Below, piece by piece: positions 48,556 to 58,949 of a stretch of 64,000 nucleotides of DNA. Below the pieces are notes generated by a model. It was given only the letters and a program-made list of their open reading frames with translations. It searched no databases and was not told the origin of the DNA. This stretch comes from an uncultured Desulfobacter sp. GTDB taxonomy: Bacteria > Desulfobacterota > Desulfobacteria > Desulfobacterales > Desulfobacteraceae. The translations under genes were made by a program, and so were the position numbers. Location of the stretch: contig OY762069.1 in the NCBI GenBank assembly GCA_963665095.1, positions 4,800,001 through 4,864,000 of the forward strand, written 5' to 3'. Each line of letters begins with the position of its first letter. Positions within the stretch are counted from its first letter, which is position 1.

Positions 48556-49932
48556 CTACTCTACCAATTCAAAACTTTCTTCAGGTGCATCGCGGTCCTT
48601 GCGGTCCATGAGAACGCCCAGGATTTTTTCCAGCAGATACAGCCCGCCTTTGTATCCCACCGTGGGGAAATAGGAGTGGCCGATCCGGTCCAGGATGGGG
48701 AATCCGTGGCGTACAAAGGGGATATCCTCGTCCCGGGCAATGTACTTGCCATAGGTATTGCAGATGAGAAGATCCACAGGTTCGTTTTTGATCCACTGAT
48801 GCAAAAGGAACAGGTCGCCGGGATTTTTTACATTAATATCGTCGCCGAACCGTGCCGTGATTTCCTTGATCCGTTTGGTAAAGGCTTTACCCGGGGTGCC
48901 GGTAACGATGTGGACCGGTTTCATACCAATGGTGACCAGAAATTCAGTCAGGGAGATGACCTGGTCCGGATCTCCTGCAATGGCCACCTTTTTACCGTAC
49001 AGCAGGGGCTGCATGTCTGAGATCACATCTAACAGCTGTCCGCGTTCCCGGGTAATGCTGTCGGGAACGGATACGCCAGCTGCGGTGCGCAGGGCATCAA
49101 CAAACCGGTCTGTGGCCAGAAGGCCGATGGGCAGATCCTGAACGGTGCAGGGTACTTTGAACTGGCTGTCAAGGGTTCTGACCGCATCTGCACAGGCCCA
49201 TTGGCCCAGTCCGATGGATCCCATGCTGTCGCCGGTGCTTTTGAGCGCATCAACGGAGACCCCGCCCTTGGGGTACATCTGGAATTTGCCGGTCAAAGGC
49301 CCGTTCAGGATGCCGGAAGTGTCCGGAAACAGGATCGAGTCAATGCCCAGCATTGAGGCGATCCTTTTGATTTCAACCATGTCCGAAGGCTCCACATATC
49401 CGGGCACAATATTGAATTTGCCGTTGGGTTTGCCGGTTTTTTCGGAAAGCTGGGTGACCATGGATTTGACCATATTGGAAAAGCCTGTGACATGGGATCC
49501 CACATAGGACGGCGTTGATGTATGAATGACATGCTTGCCTTCGGGGATGGTGCCGTCTTGTCTGGCTTTTTTGACAATCTGGTTTACGTCGTCACCAATG
49601 GTTTCAGACAGACAGGTGGTGTGGACTGCCACCACGTCCGGGTTATAGGTGGTGAATATGGTCAAAAGGGCTTGGATCAGGTTGGCCTGGCCACCGAATA
49701 CTGATGCCCCTTCAGTAAAGGAGGAGGTGGCCGCCATGACGGGCTCACGGTAGTGGCGGGTCAAGGCGGATCTGTGATAGGCACAGCAACCCTGGGACCC
49801 ATGGCTGTGAGGCAAGCAGCCATGGATACCTAACGCCGCATACATGGCGCCTATGGGCTGACAGGTCTTGGCCGGGTTAACGGTCAAGAATTTTCGTTCT
49901 TTAATCTCTTTGGGTGTATGTCGAAGCAGCAT
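48556..49932 (-). CDS. nifK: Nitrogenase MoFe protein beta chain
   Basis: NPAKTCQPIG, HGSQGCCAY, TTCLSETIGDD, TPSYVGSH. Confidence 0.97.
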   Translation of the reverse strand: MLLRHTPKEIKERKFLTVNPAKTCQPIGAMYAALGIHGCLPHSHGSQGCCAYHRSALTRHYREPVMAATSSFTEGASVFGGQANLIQALLTIFTTYNPDVVAVHTTCLSETIGDDVNQIVKKARQDGTIPEGKHVIHTSTPSYVGSHVTGFSNMVKSMVTQLSEKTGKPNGKFNIVPGYVEPSDMVEIKRIASMLGIDSILFPDTSGILNGPLTGKFQMYPKGGVSVDALKSTGDSMGSIGLGQWACADAVRTLDSQFKVPCTVQDLPIGLLATDRFVDALRTAAGVSVPDSITRERGQLLDVISDMQPLLYGKKVAIAGDPDQVISLTEFLVTIGMKPVHIVTGTPGKAFTKRIKEITARFGDDINVKNPGDLFLLHQWIKNEPVDLLICNTYGKYIARDEDIPFVRHGFPILDRIGHSYFPTVGYKGGLYLLEKILGVLMDRKDRDAPEESFELVE

Positions 49933-49972
49933 AAGTTTCTCCTGGTGCTTTTTTATCTTAAAGTTTCAACTG

Positions 49973-51604
49973 TTATTCCCAGGCGTATGTGGCGGACAAC
50001 TCAGGTGCCTCCTGCCATGGGGCTTTCAAGTACTGCCAGATGTTGGCGTTAAGCATGCGGTCAATCTCTTCATACCAGTTTATGGCACCTTGAAAGACCG
50101 CATACGGTCCACCCGAATCATAGGAGTGGAGCTGCTTCATGGGGATACCATGTTTCTGGATGGCATACTTTTCCTTGATACCGGCACAGAAGATGTCAGG
50201 CTTGTACATGGCAAGAAGCGTGTCTGTCTCATGCTGACTGATGTCATCGACAATCAGGGAGCCTTTGGCCATATCTGGAATCATGCCCTCATACTCTTTG
50301 AATGGATACCCCTTTTCTTCCAGGGTCTTCATCTGTTCTTCAGTCTTTCTGGGGTTGTACCGGGTTTCATCCTGTTCGATTTCCAGCTCCTCAATGTTTC
50401 TGGAGTCCGCGTCAATTTTGATGTCGGGAATGACATGGCGCCCTTCATAGTCGTCCCTGTGGGCAAACTCGTATCCGGCTGAAAGAACTTCCACGCCGAT
50501 ATCCCTGAACAGTTCCTGATAGTGATGGGCCCGGGAGCCACCCACAAACATCATGGCTGTTTTGCCTTCACACCGCGGTTTGATCTCTGCAATTTTGGCC
50601 TCAACAGGCGCCATTTCTTCGGCAATCACCTCTTCAACACGGTCAATGAGCTCCTGGTCTTCAAAATAGGCGGCTATTTTGCGCAGGCTTTCAGCGGTTG
50701 ACTTGGGCCCCAGGAAATTAACCTTTATCCAGGGAATGCCGTATTTGGTTTCAAGCATGTCAGCCACGTAATTAATGGATCTGTGGCACATGACCGCATT
50801 GAGATCTGCAGTGTGGCAGTTGGCAAACTGATCAACGGTGGAGTTCCCGGAAAAAGTGGATACCAGTTCAACGCCGCATTTATTCAGCAGCTCTTCAATG
50901 ATAAATCCATCGCCGCCGATGTTGTATTCGCCGAGCAGGTTGATTTTGTATTTGGCGTCCATGACGGTGTCATCAAGGCCAACGACATGGGTAAAAATGG
51001 TGTTGTTGGCAATATGATGGCCGGCAGACTGGCTGACGCCTTTGTAACCTTCGCAGGAGAAGCCGAATATATTGATGCCGAGCTTTTCTTTCATCTCTCT
51101 TGCCACAGCATGGACATCGTCACCGATCAGACCCACCGGACAGGTGGAGAAGATGGAGATGGCCTTGGGTTTGAAAATGTCGTAGGCTTCCTGGATGGCA
51201 GCTTTGAGTTTCTTTTCCCCGCCGAAGACAATATCTTGGTCCTGCATGTCCGTGGAAAAGCAGTAGGTCATATAATTGTCCGCATCCTCGGATGGCGTGC
51301 GGGTCTGGTTACGCCGGGTGAGCCATGAATAGAATCCGCAGCCGATGGGGCCGTGGGTTAAATTGATGATATCCCTGGTCGGTCCCATGATAACGCCCTT
51401 GCAGCCGGCATAGCAGCAGCCTCTCTGGGTGATGATGCCCGGCACGGTCCTGACATTTGCGCCCACGGAAAGGCCGTCTTTGTCATCGCTTAAAACCGGT
51501 GTGATCTGCTTGGCACGTTTCCGGGCCACCTTGGGCGGATACTTTGCCAGTATTTCTTTTTTTATATCTTCCGGGTTAACGGTGATGTTTCGTTCGCCTG
51601 TCAT
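49973..51604 (-). CDS. nifD: Nitrogenase MoFe protein alpha chain (group II type, with insertion)
   Basis: RGCCYAG, HGPIGC, GVSQSAGHH, MCHRS, VGGSRAHH, QLHSYD; ~50 aa insert after YEFAHRDDYEGR. Confidence 0.97.
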   Translation of the reverse strand: MTGERNITVNPEDIKKEILAKYPPKVARKRAKQITPVLSDDKDGLSVGANVRTVPGIITQRGCCYAGCKGVIMGPTRDIINLTHGPIGCGFYSWLTRRNQTRTPSEDADNYMTYCFSTDMQDQDIVFGGEKKLKAAIQEAYDIFKPKAISIFSTCPVGLIGDDVHAVAREMKEKLGINIFGFSCEGYKGVSQSAGHHIANNTIFTHVVGLDDTVMDAKYKINLLGEYNIGGDGFIIEELLNKCGVELVSTFSGNSTVDQFANCHTADLNAVMCHRSINYVADMLETKYGIPWIKVNFLGPKSTAESLRKIAAYFEDQELIDRVEEVIAEEMAPVEAKIAEIKPRCEGKTAMMFVGGSRAHHYQELFRDIGVEVLSAGYEFAHRDDYEGRHVIPDIKIDADSRNIEELEIEQDETRYNPRKTEEQMKTLEEKGYPFKEYEGMIPDMAKGSLIVDDISQHETDTLLAMYKPDIFCAGIKEKYAIQKHGIPMKQLHSYDSGGPYAVFQGAINWYEEIDRMLNANIWQYLKAPWQEAPELSATYAWE

Positions 51605-51640
51605 ATAATTACCCCTAACTTTTCTCTCATGTTGTTTTGC

Positions 51641-52021
51641 TTAGAGTTCATCAAGAACGGTATCCCCGTGCTCTGATGTCCTCACGGAGAAGGAGTCTTC
51701 AGTGGGCTTTACCCAGATAACCCCGTCCCCTGACTTACCGGTCTGGTTGGCTTGAATAATGGTGTCTACGGTTTTTTGAACAAGCTGGTCCGGTACAACC
51801 ACAAATATGGCCCTTTTGGGGCGCAGGCGGTCGCTTTGGCCCAGTTGAACAATGGCTTCTTCATATCCTTTTTCAGCGCCTTTAAGCACATCCATGTTCA
51901 CCAGGCCTTTACCCCGTCCCAGGCACTCGAAGGCGGTCATGGAAGAGACGCCCGCGTCAATCAGGGCCCTTTTGGTCGCATTGATCTTGTTCATGCGGAC
52001 GATGGCCATGATCTCTTTCAT
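51641..52021 (-). CDS. nifI2: PII-family nitrogenase regulator NifI2
   Basis: MKEIMAIVRMNK, LGRGKG, NQTGKSGDG; between nifH and nifD. Confidence 0.92.
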   Translation of the reverse strand: MKEIMAIVRMNKINATKRALIDAGVSSMTAFECLGRGKGLVNMDVLKGAEKGYEEAIVQLGQSDRLRPKRAIFVVVPDQLVQKTVDTIIQANQTGKSGDGVIWVKPTEDSFSVRTSEHGDTVLDEL

Positions 52022-52377
52022 GATGCCACCTCTTTGTCTGTTTCAACCTCTCCGTCTTTAATGCCTGAGCTGATGGTATAGGACTCGATGATGGGAGAGA
52101 TGAAAATCTTGCCGTCACCAAAGGCGCCTTTTTCACCGGTTTTTGCCGTGGCCAGAATGGTTCTTAAAACAAAATCACGGTCTTTTTCATCAATAACGGT
52201 TATCAGCATCTCCTTGGGGATTTCATCATAGGTAATTTCACCGATTTTAATACCGCGCTGCTTTCCACGCCCGGCAACACTCATCCGGGTGACGGCCGGG
52301 TATCCGGCTTCCATGAGGGCTGCCATGACGGAGTTAACTTTTTCAGGGCGGACAATGGATTTAATCATTACTTTCAT
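52018..52377 (-). CDS. nifI1: PII-family nitrogenase regulator NifI1
   Basis: IVRPEK, GRGKQRG...YDEIPK, GAFGDGKIF. Confidence 0.93.
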   Translation of the reverse strand: MKVMIKSIVRPEKVNSVMAALMEAGYPAVTRMSVAGRGKQRGIKIGEITYDEIPKEMLITVIDEKDRDFVLRTILATAKTGEKGAFGDGKIFISPIIESYTISSGIKDGEVETDKEVAS

Positions 52378-52420
52378 TTGACTGTTCCTTATTGTTCTCT
52401 GGGTTATCTATGGTTAATGA

Positions 52421-53470
<1,050 letters not shown>

Positions 53471-53718
53471 TCAAAAATGTAACTTTAATTTTAATGAAGA
53501 ATTTTTTTTCAAACAATAAGTTCGGTGGGCTGGCAGGGGAGATTTTTGAAAATCAGTTAAAGTATGACCGGTTCAGGCTTGGTGGTAAAGGATAAAGGCA
53601 CCATTGAGTAATATGACAAAAATGGATGTTTTTATGCAGGTGCAAAGCTGAACGTTCCGACCGGCCGCCGAAAATTGGATTTTCACACCTCTTTTGCGGC
53701 TGCCGGGAAGAACAATGG

Positions 53719-54171
53719 CTAAAGGTGGCGGACCAGACAGATCAAGGCGGTCTGGTCCCAGTCCCGGGTCTTATAAAATTCAAGGCCTTTATGGTTGCTT
53801 TTATCGGCCAGCAATGAAATGGAGGAGATCCCTTTTTGTCTTGACCACTCTTCCACCGCCTGCAGCAACCGGGTACCAATTTTGAGGCCCCTGTATTCAT
53901 GATCCACCACAAGATCCTCCACCACAGCACTGATTTTTCCCTGGGCGGTTGAGATCCGGGTCTGGGCCGTACACATTCCGACAATTCTGTCTTTTATCCA
54001 GGCGACCTTAACCGTTCGGTGCTTTCCGCAGCCGTCCAGCATCAGGCGAAGTCCTAGTGCCTGGGTCTTTGGGTTGAACTGGAAATCCTCTTCTATGGCA
54101 AACAATTGGGCCAGCAGGGGCAGCATCTGGTCAATATCAACGGGGCGCGCTTCCTTAATCTCTATTTCCAT
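53719..54171 (-). CDS. GNAT family acetyltransferase
   Basis: EDLVVDHEYRGLKIGTRLL motif A; N..GLEFY; RBS AAGGAG. Confidence 0.92.
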   Translation of the reverse strand: MEIEIKEARPVDIDQMLPLLAQLFAIEEDFQFNPKTQALGLRLMLDGCGKHRTVKVAWIKDRIVGMCTAQTRISTAQGKISAVVEDLVVDHEYRGLKIGTRLLQAVEEWSRQKGISSISLLADKSNHKGLEFYKTRDWDQTALICLVRHL

Positions 54172-54210
54172 GGACAACTCCTTTAAATATTTAATTTGGC
54201 CTTATTTCAC

Positions 54211-54226
54211 TGCAATACATGTTCCA
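54211..54226 (-). promoter_or_regulatory. sigma54 -24/-12 promoter for GNAT gene
   Basis: Minus strand TGGAACATGTATTGCA = GG-N10-GC. Confidence 0.72.
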
Positions 54227-54247
54227 GTCACGAGCGCCTGACAGGGA

Positions 54248-54263
54248 AGGAACAGTTTTTGCA
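54248..54263 (+). promoter_or_regulatory. Candidate sigma54 promoter for Nif11-like gene
   Basis: AGGAACAGTTTTTGCA = GG-N10-GC. Confidence 0.5.
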
Positions 54264-54385
54264 CAGTATTTGCTCATTGCTATTCTGTAAATTGATTTGG
54301 ATTTCACGGCCGCAGCTTAAAATCTGCGGCATTGCAGGTGAAATATTTTTTGGAAACATGTAACTTTAATGAATGGAGAATTGAG

Positions 54386-54604
54386 ATGTCAAAAGAAAAC
54401 GTTCAGGCCCTTTTAGATAAAGGTGCAGATGATCGAAAATTCCGTGTGAAATACGACAACTGTTTTTCAATGGAAAAGTTTACAGCCATGGCCAAAGAGG
54501 ATGGGTTTGAGTTCACCGTGGAAGAACTGCAGGAAGTTTTAAGGTTGAACGGAGACTCCTTTGATTCATACGGCAACCCGCCCAAAAAAGGCATCTGGGT
54601 TTAG
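54386..54604 (+). CDS. Nif11-like small protein (72 aa)
   Basis: MSKENVQALLDK...AMAKEDGFEFTVEEL matches the Nif11 leader pattern (MS.E....F.......A...GF.FT.EEL); RBS GGAG. Confidence 0.82.
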   Translation: MSKENVQALLDKGADDRKFRVKYDNCFSMEKFTAMAKEDGFEFTVEELQEVLRLNGDSFDSYGNPPKKGIWV

Positions 54605-54621
54605 AATATTTTTGTCTGATC

Positions 54622-54655
54622 AAGAACGGTGCTGCTTCTCGGCAGCACCGTTCTT
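54622..54655 (+). terminator. Intrinsic terminator-like hairpin
   Basis: 14-bp arms AAGAACGGTGCTGC / GCAGCACCGTTCTT followed by T-rich tract. Confidence 0.8.
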
Positions 54656-54747
54656 AATTTTTATGTGACTTTCCTGCCGGGTTGACTGCCAGGCCGAGTT
54701 CCAGTTATTATTGGTGCAATTTTAACCCGTTGATGGAATGAAAATCC

Positions 54748-55374
54748 ATGGCCCGCACCAACATTCTGGGCACCAGACACCGGCTGAGGCTGCTTGTGGT
54801 GTCAGACTATACCGAACAAGAGTTAATTGATGATATTGAAAAGAAAAATCTGCCTCCCGTTGATCTGGCCATCTCATGCGGGGATCTGGCCCCGGAATAT
54901 CTGACCTTTATTCGAAACCGGGTGGATGCCCCTCTTTATTATGTTAAGGGCAATCATGACATCCGATATACAACTGAGAACCTGACCGGGTGCATGAATA
55001 TTCATGGCCGGGTGGTTACCCTGGGCAGTCTGAATATTCTGGGCCTGGAAGGCTCCATGTGGTATAACGGCGGACCGGTTCAATATACCGAAGGCGCCAT
55101 GAAAAAAATGATATTCCGGATGGGATTTACCCTGTGGCGCAAACGGCCCATCCATATGGTTATCACCCATGCACCGCCCAAGGGAATTCATGATAAAAGT
55201 GATCTGTGTCATATGGGCTTTCAAAGCTTTAACCGACTGATTGCCAAGGTGACACCGGATTATTTTATCCACGGCCATGTTCATACCCCCTATGCGCATT
55301 TTGAAGACAGGGTGACAACGACGGGGAAAACAAAAGTAATTAATACGTGCGGACACATCATCATTGAAGTCTGA
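54748..55374 (+). CDS. Calcineurin-like metallophosphoesterase
   Basis: VSD, SCGDL, VKGNHD, ITHAPP, IHGHVH motifs. Confidence 0.92.
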   Translation: MARTNILGTRHRLRLLVVSDYTEQELIDDIEKKNLPPVDLAISCGDLAPEYLTFIRNRVDAPLYYVKGNHDIRYTTENLTGCMNIHGRVVTLGSLNILGLEGSMWYNGGPVQYTEGAMKKMIFRMGFTLWRKRPIHMVITHAPPKGIHDKSDLCHMGFQSFNRLIAKVTPDYFIHGHVHTPYAHFEDRVTTTGKTKVINTCGHIIIEV

Positions 55375-55384
55375 AAGGACAGTC

Positions 55385-56470
55385 ATGGGTTTTTTTAAAA
55401 AATTGTTCGGCAGCACAGATACGGCAGACAACGATTGTGTGACATCTTTTAATGATGACCAGGCTAAAGAAGAGGATGTCAAATTTATTGACCACGGTGT
55501 TCAGACCGTAGAGATGGAGAAAATCACCGGCAGCGTGGGCAAATACAATGATTTTGATTCCAGGTTCCGGCCCAAGCAGCATGTGTCCAGAAAGCGGTTT
55601 ACCGATATTAAAAAAGCCATGCGTGACGGAGTTAAACTGCCGCCGGTAAACCTTTACCAGATTCGCAATGCATACTATGTGCTGGATGGCAACCACCGGG
55701 TGGCTGCCGCCAAAGAGCTTGGCAGAACAGAGATTCAGGCCAAGGTAGTGGAGCTTTTATCCGGTAATAAAACCCTTGAAAATTTGATTTACGTGGAGAG
55801 GAAAACCTTTCAAGAGAGAACCGGATTAAAAGAGCCTGTTGATCTTACCGAGGTTGGAAAATACAATTTTCTGGAAACCCAGATTAAAAAGCACCAGCTG
55901 TTTCTCGCGGCCCAGTCCGGGGAGGACTGTGACCTGCCCAAGGCAGCCCGGGACTGGTATAACACCATTTACAAACCCTTGATTTCCATTATTGAAAGCG
56001 GTGGCCTGCTTAAATATTTTCCTAACAGAACCCTTGCCGACCTTTACGCTTATATTACTTACCACCACTGGACCCAGAGTCCGTCCCGGACATACGGCAT
56101 CGGCATCAGCAAAATTATTCCTAAAACCATGGAGGCGTTCAGGACAGCCATGCTTGAAAGAACAGACCCGGATTATCCGGAAATGAAGCGTACCATCACC
56201 GCCTTTGTTTTTATCAATGTGGGCATGGCTCCCCAGAATGAAATCATTGACACCCTGTTCGCCCTGGACGAAATCCAGGAGGTCCATTCAGTCCACGGCA
56301 GTATTGATATTCTGGTGAAAATGGTTCTGGAAAGGGATTTTCTGGCCTCGGATGCTGAAACCATTGCAGAATTCGTAGACGTCAACATCCGCCGAATCGA
56401 AGGCATCAACCGGACCCAGACCATCATTCCGGGTATTTCAATGATGAAAAACTATCTGACGTTGAAATAA
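55385..56470 (+). CDS. ParB/Srx-like domain + DUF4032-like helical domain + Lrp/AsnC ligand-binding domain
   Basis: LPPVNLY...YYVLDGNHRVAAAK; WYNTIYKP...FPNRTLADLY; AFVFINV...EVHSVHGSIDILVK...IEGINRTQT. Confidence 0.8.
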   Translation: MGFFKKLFGSTDTADNDCVTSFNDDQAKEEDVKFIDHGVQTVEMEKITGSVGKYNDFDSRFRPKQHVSRKRFTDIKKAMRDGVKLPPVNLYQIRNAYYVLDGNHRVAAAKELGRTEIQAKVVELLSGNKTLENLIYVERKTFQERTGLKEPVDLTEVGKYNFLETQIKKHQLFLAAQSGEDCDLPKAARDWYNTIYKPLISIIESGGLLKYFPNRTLADLYAYITYHHWTQSPSRTYGIGISKIIPKTMEAFRTAMLERTDPDYPEMKRTITAFVFINVGMAPQNEIIDTLFALDEIQEVHSVHGSIDILVKMVLERDFLASDAETIAEFVDVNIRRIEGINRTQTIIPGISMMKNYLTLK

Positions 56471-56549
56471 AATAATTGGGGTCAGAGTAAAATTAAATTG
56501 CACGCAATTTAATTTTACTCTGACCCCAATTATTCTGACCCCAATTATT
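56471..56549. repeat. Perfect 31-bp inverted repeat (GGGGTCAGA-type REP-like) plus 15-bp duplication
   Basis: AATAATTGGGGTCAGAGTAAAATTAAATTGC-AC-reverse complement, then extra CTGACCCCAATTATT. Confidence 0.85.
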
Positions 56550-56551
56550 TT

Positions 56552-56593
56552 ATCAAAAAGCCGGTCCTGGTTAATCAGGGCCGGCTTTTTGAT
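56552..56593. terminator. Bidirectional intrinsic terminator
   Basis: ATCAAAAAGCCGGTCCTG...CAGGGCCGGCTTTTTGAT between convergent genes. Confidence 0.85.
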
Positions 56594-56606
56594 TTGAATA
56601 AAGATG

Positions 56607-58931
56607 TTACAAAGGTGTGTTGGGAATCAAATTCCAGATCCCGCAGGGGCAGGCCCCTGAACAGAATCCGCAGCCAATGCATTTGGCCTCATCCACCATG
56701 TATTCAAATCCCGTCTCTTTTTCCTGTCTGCTGATGGCACCTTCAGGGCAGACTGCCACACAGATGCCGCAATCCCTGCAGTTACCGCAGGAGGCACAGT
56801 CTCCTCCGCAGGTGTCCAAGGTATCGGCCTCCTGTCTGGGATCATAGTAAGTCAGGCTCACCCGTTTTGTATCGATCATGGCGCCTAATGCCGCCACATC
56901 CGGTGAGTTGCCCTTGATAATCTGGTCTATGGCTATGGCCGTCCGCTTTCCGGCACCAATGGCATCGGTGATCAGGCCTACGCCCACGGCATCGCCAATG
57001 GCAAATACCTTTTCATCAGAGGTGCGCCCGGCATCATCCACTTTGACAAATCCGTTGGCAAGTTCAATGCCGTCACCCAGAAAGGAGAGATCAGGAACAT
57101 CTCCGATGGCAACCACCACTGTGCTCGCCTGCATCAATTCCCCGTTTTCAAGCTTGACGCCTTTGGCAGTGATTTCCTTTGTAAACAGGGGCCACCGGAA
57201 TTTGGCACCGCAGTTTTCCGCATCCTCTTTTTCCTTGCCAAAGGCTGCAGGGCGCTGGACATCAATCAGGGTGATCTCCTGGGCACCTAACCGGTGGGCC
57301 TCGGTGGCCACATCACAGCCAACATTGCCGGCACCGATGATCACGACCCGTTTCCCGGGGTTGATCTTATTGGCTTTGGCCTGTTCCAGAAAATCATTGG
57401 CAAACAAGGCCCGTTCAATGCCTTTGATCGGCAGGGTCCGTGGTTTGACTGCACCGGCCGCCACCACAGTAAAATCGTAGGTTCCTTTGATTTCCTGGAA
57501 TTTCTCGGCATCAACTGCTTCACCCAGCCGGATATCCTTAACAAACTTTTTGATCCGGGAGATCTCTTCATTCAGGGTGTCTGCCGGAATTCTGGATTCG
57601 GGAATCACAGCAGCAATTTTACCGCCAATGGATTGCCCCGCTTCAAAGACTGTCGGGGTATGGCCTTTCAGGGTTAGCTGCCAGGCCGCAGAGATGCCGC
57701 CGGGGCCGCCACCGATTACCGCCACTTTTTTGCGGGATTTTCTGGCTGGTTTGGGTGGCTTGACCTTCTGGGCCTTCTTGTTCAGCAGGCGTATATCGAT
57801 GGGCGTCATATAAGCCAGGTTCCGGGTGCAGGACGCCATACACGGGCTGGGGCACAGATGGCCGCAGACAGTGGCCGGAAACGGTGTATGCTCAAGACCC
57901 ATGGCAATGGCTTCGTCAATATTGTCGGCTCTGACCATGGCCCAGCGTTCCTGAACCGGTATGCCTGTGGGGCAGTTGGCCTGGCAGGGAGATATGTATC
58001 GGCCCTGCTCCCACACGGGAATATATCTTCTGTATTCACCTTTGGCGATGACCGGAATGGATCCTTTTACCGTTTCCTGAAGATCGCCGATAAGGCCTCC
58101 CCGGCCAAGTTCCGCATCCCAGACCTGGTCCCGGAACCAGGACATGGAGGGATGCCCCGGGCCCTGGGCTTTTTCCTGGGGGGACTGGGATTCAAAAAGG
58201 CGCCATTGTGACCGTTTGGCAAGGTCATCGTAGAGGTTTGATTTTTTTATTTTTCTTAAAAAGGTTTTCAGACCCTGTTCCAGCCATGCCCACTCTGCAT
58301 CATCCAGCTCAACTTCCTTGGCGTCCTTGGCGGAAAACCCTTTGGCGTCGCCGCGGACAAATACTTTTCCGCCCACCATACCTACCAAAGGTCTGTATCC
58401 CAGAATTCGCTCCGGATCCGGGGCATTCACTCCGCAGACAACAGCGATGCCGCCGGCCATGAACTCTCCGAAATAATCTCCGGCCGCGCCAAGCACCCAC
58501 AACTCCGGCGGATCAAACCGGGGATTGCGTTTGGTCATGGTCATACCCCGGGCGCCAATGGCACCCCCGATATATACCTTCCCCTGGGCCGCACCGTTCA
58601 TGGCGCCGTTGGAAGCACTGCCATGGACAATGATCTCTGCACCTGCATTGAGCCAGCCGATATCATCCGAGGCGGGTCCCATGATCTCTATTTTGGTGTT
58701 GGATGTCCCCAGAGAGCCGGTACGCTGACCGGAATGGCCGATGATCCTGATGTACATTTTGTCAGGGGCTGCATCCCAGAGCCGGCCGCCAATGCCGTGC
58801 TGACCGAATGCCTGAATTTCCAGTTTCCGGTTGCCCCGTTTGGCGTGCTGGTGGATGGTCTCTTCAAGTACCCGGGAGGGAATTCTTTTTTCGTCTCTTT
58901 TACCTGATATAAATATATAGTCGCTTTTCAT
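56607..58931 (-). CDS. Glutamate synthase subunit: GXGXG beta-helix domain fused to GltD-like FAD/NAD(P) oxidoreductase and 4Fe-4S ferredoxin
   Basis: GQHGIGGR, AGDYFGEFMAGG, PCQANCP, GGGPGG, GAGNVG, CASCGNCRDCGIC, CIGCGFCSGACP. Confidence 0.88.
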   Translation of the reverse strand: MKSDYIFISGKRDEKRIPSRVLEETIHQHAKRGNRKLEIQAFGQHGIGGRLWDAAPDKMYIRIIGHSGQRTGSLGTSNTKIEIMGPASDDIGWLNAGAEIIVHGSASNGAMNGAAQGKVYIGGAIGARGMTMTKRNPRFDPPELWVLGAAGDYFGEFMAGGIAVVCGVNAPDPERILGYRPLVGMVGGKVFVRGDAKGFSAKDAKEVELDDAEWAWLEQGLKTFLRKIKKSNLYDDLAKRSQWRLFESQSPQEKAQGPGHPSMSWFRDQVWDAELGRGGLIGDLQETVKGSIPVIAKGEYRRYIPVWEQGRYISPCQANCPTGIPVQERWAMVRADNIDEAIAMGLEHTPFPATVCGHLCPSPCMASCTRNLAYMTPIDIRLLNKKAQKVKPPKPARKSRKKVAVIGGGPGGISAAWQLTLKGHTPTVFEAGQSIGGKIAAVIPESRIPADTLNEEISRIKKFVKDIRLGEAVDAEKFQEIKGTYDFTVVAAGAVKPRTLPIKGIERALFANDFLEQAKANKINPGKRVVIIGAGNVGCDVATEAHRLGAQEITLIDVQRPAAFGKEKEDAENCGAKFRWPLFTKEITAKGVKLENGELMQASTVVVAIGDVPDLSFLGDGIELANGFVKVDDAGRTSDEKVFAIGDAVGVGLITDAIGAGKRTAIAIDQIIKGNSPDVAALGAMIDTKRVSLTYYDPRQEADTLDTCGGDCASCGNCRDCGICVAVCPEGAISRQEKETGFEYMVDEAKCIGCGFCSGACPCGIWNLIPNTPL

Positions 58932-58949
58932 TGGTTCTTACCCCTCCTT

